From an uncultured bacterium (GTDB lineage Bacteria; Krumholzibacteriota; Krumholzibacteriia; JACNKJ01): a DNA stretch of 64,000 bases. The notes below the pieces were generated by a model. The model did no database searches. It saw nothing but the letters and a program-made list of their open reading frames with translations, and was not told where the DNA came from. The stretch is taken from the NCBI GenBank assembly GCA_963695095.1, contig CAVOFT010000001.1, positions 2,240,001 through 2,304,000 on the forward strand, read 5' to 3'. Each line of letters opens with the position of its first letter. Positions within the stretch are counted from its first letter, which is position 1. A program made the position numbers and the translations under genes. Positions 55,843 through 64,000 of this stretch are shown piece by piece.

Positions 55843-57225
55843 TCAGTACAGCGACTTCACTTCGCCCCAGCTCTTGTCTTCGGCTGCTACGACCTCACAG
55901 CCCTCGCCGCGAGCGCCGATCTGCAGTCCGCAGTCATTGCCCGCGGGGGCGCAGGGCGATGCGGGCTGGAGCGTGTATGGGTCGGCAGGGTTGAGCCCCA
56001 GGCAGAATAGGGGATCCAGTGAGATGTTGCCGTTCGTCCCCGTGGGGTCGACCATATCGCCTGCGAAGTTGCCGCCGGGGTTGTTCCAGACATCGCAGCA
56101 GGACAGGACTGGGAAGGAGTACTCCAGGGTGTGGACTCCTCCCCCGGGATTGCCGACGATCAACACTTGCTCGAGCACAGGATCGGAGCCCGTGAGGCAG
56201 CTGATTCCGCCACCGCCCCAACCGGTATCGCTGTTGCCGACGAGCGTGCACCGCGTGATTCGCGGCGAAGCGTTCAGCCAGAGGCCAATGGCGCCGCCGC
56301 CATGAGCCGTGTTGCCAATGAAGAGGCACTCCTCAATGACAGGCACGCTGCGGCCGGCGATCGAGTTGCTTTCGTACCAGATCGCACCGCCATAGCGGGA
56401 GCCCATGTTGCCTTCAAAGACGCAGTCGCGGATCTCGACATCGGGCGTCCGCTCCAGGGCAATCGCCCCGCCATCTGAACCTTGATTCCCGGTGAAGGAG
56501 CAACCGCTGATGATCGCTTGCGAGGACAACTCGAGGGCGATCGCGCCACCGTCATCTGCGTCCAGGTTTGAATCAAATGAACATCCCGAGACACTGATCT
56601 CGGAGAAGGCAACGCTGAGCCCCCCTCCGGAGCCGGCACTATTGGACTCAAAGTCGGCGCTCTCGATGGTTGCTGATGCATAGACGATAGAGAGTGCGCC
56701 CCCCGTCCCCAGCGCGTGGTTGTCGACGAAGTCAGTCTCCTCCAGCAAAGCGCTTGCATAGAGCAACTCCCCTCCTCCCCCATGCGAAGCATGGCAGCTC
56801 TCGAAGCGCATTCCTGTGAGGCGGCAAGAAGAGTGCTCGCAGTAGATTCCCCCGCCGTTGAATCCTTCGACTCTCGCATTGCGGACTGTGAACCCGCTAA
56901 TGTGGGAGGCCGTCGTCTCGCCAGAATGTAAGTAGATACCTCGTCCGGCCTGTTGGCAATCGATGATCGTCTCATCGCGGCCCATCTCAGAATCAAGTAC
57001 GAGATCGATCCCGTGGAAGTCGAGATTGCGATTCGTGGTGCCAGTGTAAGTTCCGGGACCAACCAGCACCGTGTCGCCCACTTGGCAGGCATCGATAGCC
57101 GGCTGAATCGACATGAAGTCGCCCGTGCCATCGAGGCGCACGGCGTGCGTCGCGGCTGAGGCGCTGCTGCTCAGCACGAGTAGCAGCGCCCCAGCCTGCA
57201 GGAGATTCGCAGGTGCAATGCGCAT
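55843..57225 (-). CDS. Secreted right-handed parallel beta-helix repeat protein
   Basis: Signal peptide; IQPAID...GDTVLVGPGTY; repeated F..N....GGAI; GNISLDPLFC...SPC...IGA; ends SWGEVKSLY. Confidence 0.88.
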   Translation of the reverse strand: MRIAPANLLQAGALLLVLSSSASAATHAVRLDGTGDFMSIQPAIDACQVGDTVLVGPGTYTGTTNRNLDFHGIDLVLDSEMGRDETIIDCQQAGRGIYLHSGETTASHISGFTVRNARVEGFNGGGIYCEHSSCRLTGMRFESCHASHGGGGELLYASALLEETDFVDNHALGTGGALSIVYASATIESADFESNSAGSGGGLSVAFSEISVSGCSFDSNLDADDGGAIALELSSQAIISGCSFTGNQGSDGGAIALERTPDVEIRDCVFEGNMGSRYGGAIWYESNSIAGRSVPVIEECLFIGNTAHGGGAIGLWLNASPRITRCTLVGNSDTGWGGGGISCLTGSDPVLEQVLIVGNPGGGVHTLEYSFPVLSCCDVWNNPGGNFAGDMVDPTGTNGNISLDPLFCLGLNPADPYTLQPASPCAPAGNDCGLQIGARGEGCEVVAAEDKSWGEVKSLY

Positions 57226-57258
57226 GCTGCCTCCAATCGACGGCTGCTCTGGTGGTGC

Positions 57259-57492
57259 CTACATCTCCTTCAGGTGCAGAATCACCCGCGCCCAGATTCC
57301 TTCGTTCGCGCTCAAGGATACCACACTTCCGACCCCGAGCGCATCCGCCGCGACGCGGCCGATCAGCAGCGTTTCCTGGCTCCTTCCCTCTGCCAAGCCC
57401 TGCCGAAGGATCGGCGTGATGTCGAGTTGGAGAATCGCCTCCGATTCGCCGAAGGCAAAGGCAGCCACGGGGCCCGTCTTGCCTTCGGGGAT
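57259..57492 (-). pseudogene. 3' remnant of an unknown gene interrupted by IS256
   Basis: Frame is open from the IS left end (IPEGKTGPVAAF...LQLDITPILRQ...HLKEM*) and stops just before the RBS of the beta-helix gene. Confidence 0.5.
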
Positions 57493-58810
57493 GAGTCTGT
57501 AAGGTTTTCTGTGTAACTGGCCTTGGGCTACACTCTATCGGAGGAGAGCGACCATGGCCAAACCAGATCCTGTGGACAAGCTGATCGACGAGCTGATCCT
57601 GGGCAAGCAGCCCGAGGAGATCCTCGGCAAGGACGGCGTGCTCAAGCAGCTCACGAAGCGGCTTGTCGAGCGCGCCCTCGAAGGCGAGATGACCCACCAC
57701 CTGGGCTACGCGCCGCATGCCCCCGAGGGCCGGGGCAGCGGCAATTCACGCAACGGCAAGACGAGCAAGACCCTGCTGGCCGAGAGCGGGGAACTGGAGA
57801 TCACCGTGCCCCGCGACCGCAGCGGCGAGTTCGAGCCGGTGCTCGTCCCCAAGCGCCAGCGCCGGCTCGCCGGCTTCGACGACAAGGTGATCGCGCTCTA
57901 CGCACGGGGCCTGACGACGCGCGAGATCCAGGCTCACCTCGAGGAGCTCTACGGCGTCGAGGTCTCGCCGCAACTGATCTCGGCGGTAACCGACGCGGTG
58001 CTGGACGAGGTCGCAGCCTGGCAGAACCGGCCGCTGGATCCGGTCTATCCGATCGTCTACTTGGATGCGATCCATCTCAAGCTGCGCAGCGAGGGCCGCG
58101 TGCAAAACCAGGCGGTCTACCTGGCGCTGGGGATCACGCTCGAGGGGAGGAAGGAGCTGCTCGGCCTGTGGATCGGCGAGAGCGAAGGGGCCAAGTTCTG
58201 GCTGGGCGTGATCACGGAGCTGCGAAACCGTGGGCTGCAGGACATCCTGATCGCCTGCGTGGATGGGCTGAAGGGCTTCCCCGAAGCGATCGAGACGGTC
58301 TACCCGCGGACGCAGGTGCAACTGTGCATCATCCACATGGTGCGCCATTCGCTCAAGTACGTGGGCTGGAAGGAGCGCAAGGCGGTGGCGGCGGATCTGC
58401 GGACGATCTACACGGCGGCCACGGCCGAGGCCGGGGAGCAGGCGCTGACGGCCTTCGAGGCGAAGTGGGGAGCGCGCTACCCGTCGATCGGCAAGAGCTG
58501 GCGGGCCAACTGGGCGAACCTGATCCCGTTCTACAGCTACCCGCCGGCAATCCGGAAGGTGATCTACACGACGAACGCGATCGAGTCGATGCAGGCGAGC
58601 CTGCGCAAGCTGCTGCGGCATCGGGGTGCTTTCCCGAACGCGGAGAGCGTGCGCAAGGTGCTATACTTGGCGCTGCAGCGGATCGCAAAGGGCTGGAAGC
58701 GGCCGGTCCTGGACTGGGTCGCGGCCCTGAATCACTTCAGCGTGGTGTTTGAGGGGAGAATCTAGCGGTGATCGGAGATGGGTCAGTTACACAGAATTCT
58801 GGACACACTC
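57493..58810 (+). mobile_element. IS256-family insertion sequence (~1318 bp)
   Basis: Imperfect terminal IRs GAGTCTGTAAGGTTTTCTGTGTAACTGGCC / GAGTGTGTCCAGAATTCTGTGTAACTGACC (23/30 identical) flank the transposase. Confidence 0.92.
57554..58765 (+). CDS. IS256-family (Mutator-type) DDE transposase
   Basis: NSRNG, VPRDR, YPIVYLDA, DGLKGF, QLCIIH, IYTTNAIES. Confidence 0.97.
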   Translation: MAKPDPVDKLIDELILGKQPEEILGKDGVLKQLTKRLVERALEGEMTHHLGYAPHAPEGRGSGNSRNGKTSKTLLAESGELEITVPRDRSGEFEPVLVPKRQRRLAGFDDKVIALYARGLTTREIQAHLEELYGVEVSPQLISAVTDAVLDEVAAWQNRPLDPVYPIVYLDAIHLKLRSEGRVQNQAVYLALGITLEGRKELLGLWIGESEGAKFWLGVITELRNRGLQDILIACVDGLKGFPEAIETVYPRTQVQLCIIHMVRHSLKYVGWKERKAVAADLRTIYTAATAEAGEQALTAFEAKWGARYPSIGKSWRANWANLIPFYSYPPAIRKVIYTTNAIESMQASLRKLLRHRGAFPNAESVRKVLYLALQRIAKGWKRPVLDWVAALNHFSVVFEGRI

Positions 58811-58897
58811 GATCAGGGGTTGTTCCCCATCCGGCAATTGCGTCAGTATGAAGGACGGCGTGCGTTCACCCAAGAGACGTTCGACTGAGGTGGTCGC

Positions 58898-60304
58898 TTA
58901 GTAGGCGTTCTTGCGCGTGAGCACGGCGCGCAGGGTGAGCCAGAGGATCTTGAGGTCGAAGGCCAGCGACCAGTTCTCCACGTAGAACAGGTCGTAGCGC
59001 GTGCGCTCCTCGATCGGCGTGTCCCCGCGCAGGCCGTTGACCTGGGCCCAGCCGGTGATGCCGCTCCGCACGCGGTGCCGCTCGAAGTAGCGCGGGATGC
59101 TGCGCGCGAAGTCCTCGACGAACTCGGGCCGTTCCGGGCGCGGGCCGACCAGGCTCATCGCGCCCGTGAGCACGTTCCACAGCTGCGGCAGCTCGTCGAG
59201 GCTGCTCGCGCGCAGCCAGCCGCCCAGGCGCGTGCGGCGGGCGTCGCGGGGCGTGCTCCAGGCCGCGCCCGCCTGCTCGGCATCGCGGCGCATCGTGCGG
59301 AACTTGCGGATCACGAAGCGGCGGCCGTCGCGGCCCAGGCGCACCTGGCCGTACAGAACGGGCCGGCCGTCGTCCGCGAGCACGGCCAGGGCGATCAGAC
59401 CCAAGAGTGGCAAGAGCAGGAGCAGGGCGAGCGTCGCCACCGTCAGGTCGAGGCTGCGCTTGAGCACGCGGCCCAGACCCGAGAGCGGCACGTGGCGGAA
59501 GGCCAGGAAGGGCAGGCCCTCGATCTCCAGGTGGTGCAGGCGCGTGGTCAGCAGGCCGACGAGGTCGGGTACGAGGAAGCTGTTCACGTTCAGCGCCGAC
59601 AGGCGCGAGGCCAGCTCGACGAAGCGGTCGTAGCGGGCGAAGGGCAGGGTGACCACCACCGTGTCCAGCTCGTGGCGAGCGACCAGGGCCTCGAGCTCGG
59701 CGCTCTCGCCCAGCAGGGGCAGGCCCGCCGGCGGCGCCTCGCCGTCGGCGATGAAGCCCAGGGGCCGCAGCCCGTAGCCGGGATGCTCGGCGAAGAGCCG
59801 CCAGACGGGCAGCGCCATGGGACTCGCCCCCAGCACGGCCAGGTTGAGCACGCCATGGCCGCGCGCGAAGGCCTTCCCCTGGGCGAAGCGCAGCAGGCGG
59901 CGCAGGAGGACGAGCAGCAGGAAGGCCAGCAGCGCATAGGTGAGCACGTAGCTGCGCGAAAAGCTGAAGCCCCGCCAGAAGAAGAGGAAGCTGAGCAGCA
60001 GCGCCAGGCTGAGCGCGAGGCCGCCGGCCAGCTCGCCGAGATCGCGGCGCAGATCGCCCCGGCGCCGCGCTGCGTAGTGCCCGCGCTGGTAGAAGACGGT
60101 CAGGCAGAGCAGCGCGCTCACCGCGCCCGCGAGCAGGTAGACGCGCAGCGCGGGCACGCCCAGGGGCGTCGGGAAGAGGCCGCTGGCGAAGCGCAGGGCG
60201 TAGGTGCCCAGCGCGGCACCGGCCAGGGCGGCGAGGTCGCCCGCGAAGAGCAGGCTGGGCAGGAGCATGTCGGCCTTGCGCGTGCGCAGGAGGCGCTGGC
60301 TCAT
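58898..60304 (-). CDS. Undecaprenyl-phosphate sugar phosphotransferase (WcaJ-like priming enzyme)
   Basis: N-terminal TMs; KRSLD, KFRTM, SLDELPQLWNV..G.MSLVGPRPERP, GITGWAQVNG, DLFYVENWS. Confidence 0.93.
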   Translation of the reverse strand: MSQRLLRTRKADMLLPSLLFAGDLAALAGAALGTYALRFASGLFPTPLGVPALRVYLLAGAVSALLCLTVFYQRGHYAARRRGDLRRDLGELAGGLALSLALLLSFLFFWRGFSFSRSYVLTYALLAFLLLVLLRRLLRFAQGKAFARGHGVLNLAVLGASPMALPVWRLFAEHPGYGLRPLGFIADGEAPPAGLPLLGESAELEALVARHELDTVVVTLPFARYDRFVELASRLSALNVNSFLVPDLVGLLTTRLHHLEIEGLPFLAFRHVPLSGLGRVLKRSLDLTVATLALLLLLPLLGLIALAVLADDGRPVLYGQVRLGRDGRRFVIRKFRTMRRDAEQAGAAWSTPRDARRTRLGGWLRASSLDELPQLWNVLTGAMSLVGPRPERPEFVEDFARSIPRYFERHRVRSGITGWAQVNGLRGDTPIEERTRYDLFYVENWSLAFDLKILWLTLRAVLTRKNAY

Positions 60305-61437
60305 GCCGCCCCCTCGCCGAGGAAGTCCGCCAGTTCGCGCTGCAGGCCAGCCCGGAACTGCAGCTTGCCGAAGCGCTCGGCCTGGGCGCGCGCCAGCGCC
60401 GGATCCCAGGCGCCGGCCTCCAGGCGGGAGACCGCCTCCTGCAGGCTCGCGGCGCTGCGCTCGGCGAAGAAGAGGCCCGTCTCGCCCTCGATCACCGTTT
60501 CCAGGGCGCCGCCGACGCCGAGGGCGATCACCGGCTTGCCGCAGGCCTGGGCCTCCAGGGGCGTGATGCCGAAGTCCTCCTCGCCCGGTAGGATGAAGGC
60601 GCGCGCGCCGCGGTAGAGGGCGCGCAGCGCCTCGTCGTCCTGGCGGCCGAGGAAGACGATCGCCGGGTCCCCCGCCGCCAGCGCGCGCAGGCGGGCGGCG
60701 TCCGGGCCGTCGCCGGCCAGGAGCAGGCGGCGACGGCCGCCGGCGAAGGCGGCCAGGGCCAGATCGAGGCGCTTGTAGGGCACCATCGCCGAGACGATGA
60801 AGTAGTAGTCGCCCCCCTCGGCGGCGGCGGGCAGCGCGGCGCCCGGCGGACCGGGCGTGTAGAACTCAGCGTCCACGGGGGGCGGCAGCACGCGGCAGCG
60901 CTCGGGGGCGAGCTCCCAGAAGTCGATCAGCTTGCGGCGCACGTTCTCGCTGTTGGCCAGGTAGCGCTGGGCGCGATCCGCCGTCCGCCGGTCCCAGGCG
61001 CGCAACTGTGCCATCACGCGCGGCAGGACGCTGCGGCCGATCCAGTCCCGCCGCCCGCCGAAGTAGGCCTCGTACTGATCCCAGGCATAGCGCATCGGCG
61101 CATGACAATAGCAGAGGTGCCGCGCGCCGGGACGCAGCCGCACGCCCTTGGCCACGCAGTGGCTGGACGAGAGCACGAAGTCATAGTCCGAGAGGTCCAG
61201 GCTCTCGATGGCCAGGGGGAAGAGCGGCAGGTAGTGGCGGTAGCGGTGAGCCGCGCCGGGCAGGTGCTGGATGAAGGTCGTGCGAATGGGATGGCTCTCG
61301 ATGGCCGCACTCACGCTGCCCGGCAGATGCAGCAGCGTGTAGAGCGGCGCGCCGGGAAAGGCCTCCAGGAGCAGCTCCAGCACCTTCTCGCCGCCCCGCA
61401 TCCCCGTCAGCCAATCGTGGACGAGGGCCACCCGCAT
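60301..61437 (-). CDS. Glycosyltransferase family 4 (mannosyltransferase-like)
   Basis: MRVALVHDWLTGMRGGEKV, SSSHCVAKG, EEDFGITPLEAQACG. Confidence 0.92.
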   Translation of the reverse strand: MRVALVHDWLTGMRGGEKVLELLLEAFPGAPLYTLLHLPGSVSAAIESHPIRTTFIQHLPGAAHRYRHYLPLFPLAIESLDLSDYDFVLSSSHCVAKGVRLRPGARHLCYCHAPMRYAWDQYEAYFGGRRDWIGRSVLPRVMAQLRAWDRRTADRAQRYLANSENVRRKLIDFWELAPERCRVLPPPVDAEFYTPGPPGAALPAAAEGGDYYFIVSAMVPYKRLDLALAAFAGGRRRLLLAGDGPDAARLRALAAGDPAIVFLGRQDDEALRALYRGARAFILPGEEDFGITPLEAQACGKPVIALGVGGALETVIEGETGLFFAERSAASLQEAVSRLEAGAWDPALARAQAERFGKLQFRAGLQRELADFLGEGAA

Positions 61438-61441
61438 GGCG

Positions 61442-62030
61442 CTAGGCCCCACCGGCGAGCGGCGTGGGCGGCAGCTGGCGATCCACCAGCTTGCAGAGCA
61501 GATGGCCGATGGTGATGTGCGCCTCCTGGATCCACTGCGTGTCGTCGGCGGGCACGATGATGGCCTGGTCGCAGAGCGCCGCCAAGGGGCCGCCGCCCTT
61601 GCCGAGCAGGCCGATGACCGGCACGCCCTTGCGCGCGCGCGGCCTCGGCGGCGCGCAGCAGGTTCGGGCTCTTGCCGCTGGTCGAGATCAGCAGCAGCAG
61701 GTCCCGCGGCGCCACGAAGCCCGTCACCTGGCGCGCGAAGATCTCGGCGAAGCCGTAGTCGTTGCCCACCGAGCTCAGCGTGGAGCTGTTGGCGCCCAGC
61801 GTGTGCACGGCCCGGGCCGGCCGCTCGCTCTCCAAGCGCCCCTCCATTTCGGCAGCGATGTGCTGGGCATCGGCGGCGCTGCCGCCGTTGCCGGCCAGCC
61901 AGACGCTGCCGCCGGCCGCGAGCACCTCGGCGATGCGCGTCGCCGCGGCGGCGATCGCCTCGCTGAGGACCTCGAGCCGGGCGAAGAGCTCGCGGTGGCC
62001 GGCCAGATGGCCGGCAATGAGCGCTTTCAT
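61442..62030 (-). pseudogene. gmhA: D-sedoheptulose-7-phosphate isomerase, frameshifted near 61631-61640
   Basis: GNGGSAADAQH, GNDYGF, ISTSGKSPN in one frame; KGVPVIGLLGKGGG...IQEAHITIGH in another, switching at a (GC)5 run. Confidence 0.85.
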
Positions 62031-62878
62031 TTCGCCAGCCATCCCATCTCCTCCAGGTAGCGGCCGAGGGCGTCTTTCCAGCTCGGCATCTCCCGCCCGC
62101 GCAGGGCGGCCAGGCGCCCGCCGCCCAGGCGGCTGTTGGCCGGCCGCGGGGCGGGCCGGGGATACTCCGCCGTCGTGCAGGGATTCACCTGGGCGGGGTC
62201 GCGACCCAGCCCCGCCGCGATGGCCCGGGCGAAGCCGAACCAGGTGGTGGCGCCCGCGTTGCAGCCATGGTAGAGGCCCTCGCCGCGGGCTTCGGCGACA
62301 TCGAGGATGGCCGCCGCCGCATCGCGAGTATAGGTCGGCGAGCCCACTTGATCGTCCACCACCTTCAGCGCGCGGCCCTCCTTGAGCAGACCCGCGATCG
62401 TCGCCACGAAGTTCTTGCCCTGGGGACCGAAGGACCAGGACAGGCGCAGCACGCTGCCGCCGGCCGCGCGCACGCGCTGCTCGCCGAGCAGCTTCGAGCG
62501 CCCGTAGGCGCTGGTCGGGGCTGGCGGATCATCCTCCAGGTAGGGCTCGGCCTTGCGACCGTCGAAGACGTAGTCCGTGCTCACGAAAAGACAGTAGGCC
62601 CCCGCGCGCCCCGCGGCCTGGGCGATGGCCCCGCTCGCCTCGCCGTTGATGGCCAGCGCCAGGGCCTCCTGGCTCTCGCAGGCATCGACGTCGGTGAAGG
62701 CCGCCCCGTGCACGACGACTTCGGGCCGCGCCGCCGCCACCTGCTGGGCCGCCGCCTCGGGGCGGCCGAGCTCGAAGCCGGGCTGGTCCAGGCCCGTCAC
62801 CGCGTGGCCGCGGCGGCGGGCCTCCTCCACCAGGCGACCGCCCAGCATGCCCTCGGCCCCCGTGATGACGACACGCAT
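62027..62878 (-). CDS. rfbD: dTDP-4-dehydrorhamnose reductase
   Basis: ITGAEGMLG, AAFTDVD, STDYVFDG, YGRSK, DQVGSPT, PAPRP. Confidence 0.93.
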   Translation of the reverse strand: MRVVITGAEGMLGGRLVEEARRRGHAVTGLDQPGFELGRPEAAAQQVAAARPEVVVHGAAFTDVDACESQEALALAINGEASGAIAQAAGRAGAYCLFVSTDYVFDGRKAEPYLEDDPPAPTSAYGRSKLLGEQRVRAAGGSVLRLSWSFGPQGKNFVATIAGLLKEGRALKVVDDQVGSPTYTRDAAAAILDVAEARGEGLYHGCNAGATTWFGFARAIAAGLGRDPAQVNPCTTAEYPRPAPRPANSRLGGGRLAALRGREMPSWKDALGRYLEEMGWLAK

Positions 62879-64000
62879 CACTTGGCCAGGGCGTTGATCG
62901 CCAGGATCAGACCGCTCACGGAAACCGCCGTCAGCAGCACGCTGGAGAAGATCGCCAGGTTCGAGCGACCCACGACGAGCACATCGTCGCGGTGCAGGTG
63001 ATCCGTGCGGCGCACCGAGCGGCTGACGCCGCTCGCATCGACGACGTGGATCTTGCCCTCGCTGCCGCCGTCGCTGACGCCGCCGGCCATCGCCAGGTAC
63101 TGGCCCACTGTCCAGGACGGCACGTAGCGAAGCGGCCCCGGCTCGCGCACCTCGCCGAGCACGAAGACCTCGCCGCTGCGGCGGGGCACGTAGAGCACGT
63201 CGTCGTGAGCGATGGGCAGGTCGACCGGCCCCTCCCCGCGCAGGACCTCGCGCAGGTCGAAGCGAAAGAAACGGCTGCGATCGGTGCCGCGGCGCTCGAG
63301 GGTCGCCTGCTCGGGCAGGGCGCTGCCGCGCATGTCGCCGAGGCGGCGCACTAGGTCGCCCAGGGTCTCGTCCGGGCTGAGATAGACCTCGCCCAGCCGC
63401 TCGCCGGCGCCCTCCAGGAAGACGCGCTTCATCAATGGCCGGCGGCTGGCCACCACGATCGCATCGCCCGGGCGCAGCGGCGTTGCTCCCGCATCCGGCC
63501 CCAGCTGCCGGGTCTTCGCCTCGCCCTCGGCCCGCTCGAGCAGGATCGAGCCCGGCAGAGCGTCCTGCGTGAGGCCGCCCGCATAGCCGAGCAGATCCGC
63601 CAGGGTCTCGCCCGCCGACCATTCGTAGGTGCCGGGCCGGCTCACGGCGCCGATCACCTGCACCGTGTCTGAGCGCAGGGGCACGAAGACGACGACGCCG
63701 GCCGGGCAATAGGGATTGGCATCCCAGTCGCCGGCCAGCTGGAAGGGATACAGGTCGAGCTGGGTCACCTGCACCCCGGCGCGATACTCCACGAAGCGCC
63801 GGCTGCCGCGCGCCGTCGGTCCCCCGGCCAGGGCGATGGCCCTGCTCACCCGGTCGCTGGCCATCAGGCGCACGGCCCCCGGCCGCGCCACCTCGCCCTG
63901 GACCTGGACCTCGAGCTGGCGCGGCGCCGTGAGCAGCAGGCGCACCGTCACCGCCGGCATGTGCCGGTGCAGGGCGCGGGCCACCGCCGCTTCCGCCTCG
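62878..64000 (-). CDS. SLBB-domain polysaccharide export protein (Wza/KpsD-like), 5' end outside the window
   Basis: Repeated V.V.GEV..PG...AGG SLBB motifs; C-terminal helix. Confidence 0.8.
   Translation of the reverse strand, partial: EAEAAVARALHRHMPAVTVRLLLTAPRQLEVQVQGEVARPGAVRLMASDRVSRAIALAGGPTARGSRRFVEYRAGVQVTQLDLYPFQLAGDWDANPYCPAGVVVFVPLRSDTVQVIGAVSRPGTYEWSAGETLADLLGYAGGLTQDALPGSILLERAEGEAKTRQLGPDAGATPLRPGDAIVVASRRPLMKRVFLEGAGERLGEVYLSPDETLGDLVRRLGDMRGSALPEQATLERRGTDRSRFFRFDLREVLRGEGPVDLPIAHDDVLYVPRRSGEVFVLGEVREPGPLRYVPSWTVGQYLAMAGGVSDGGSEGKIHVVDASGVSRSVRRTDHLHRDDVLVVGRSNLAIFSSVLLTAVSVSGLILAINALAK

Noticed and set aside
1..64000. CRISPR array, rRNA, prophage or defence system
   Set aside because: No spaced direct repeats, rRNA-like sequence, phage genes or defence genes were recognised.

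Overview
Very GC-rich bacterial chromosomal window with almost all genes on the minus strand. The C-terminal sorting-type motifs and gene content suggest an FCB-affiliated lineage such as Krumholzibacteriota, Latescibacterota or Eisenbacteria; this is inference only. In order, it contains: (1) a ~23 kb cell-surface glycan/glycosylation region, mostly translationally coupled (GT4/GT2 enzymes, flippase, DegT, CapD-like dehydratase, PorZ-like propeller protein, polyprenol-P-mannose synthase, YfhO-like and DUF2723/TMEM260-like GT-C proteins); (2) an FMN-riboswitch-controlled ribD-ribE-ribBA-ribH-nusB operon; (3) a dienelactone hydrolase, a MacAB-type exporter and a TusA plus PP-loop thiolase pair; (4) an operon of selA, a SPOR protein, smc, ftsY and a TMTC-like gene; (5) PMM-manC-PPIase-DUF151-gamma-CA-LpoA-like genes; (6) rpsF-rpsR-rplI and udk-ubiA-like-ispE-spoVG-tRNA-Gln-prs-rplY-pth; (7) a small lower-GC island with a beta-helix protein and an IS256; (8) the end of a second polysaccharide locus (SLBB exporter, rfbD, gmhA, GT4, wcaJ-like). 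Three glycan genes carry single-base frameshifts. The best candidate for an undescribed system is a polyprenol-phosphate-sugar-dependent protein/surface glycosylation pathway that uses eukaryote-like GT-C enzymes and is linked to a PorZ-like secreted protein. All calls are by eye from motifs; no searches were run.
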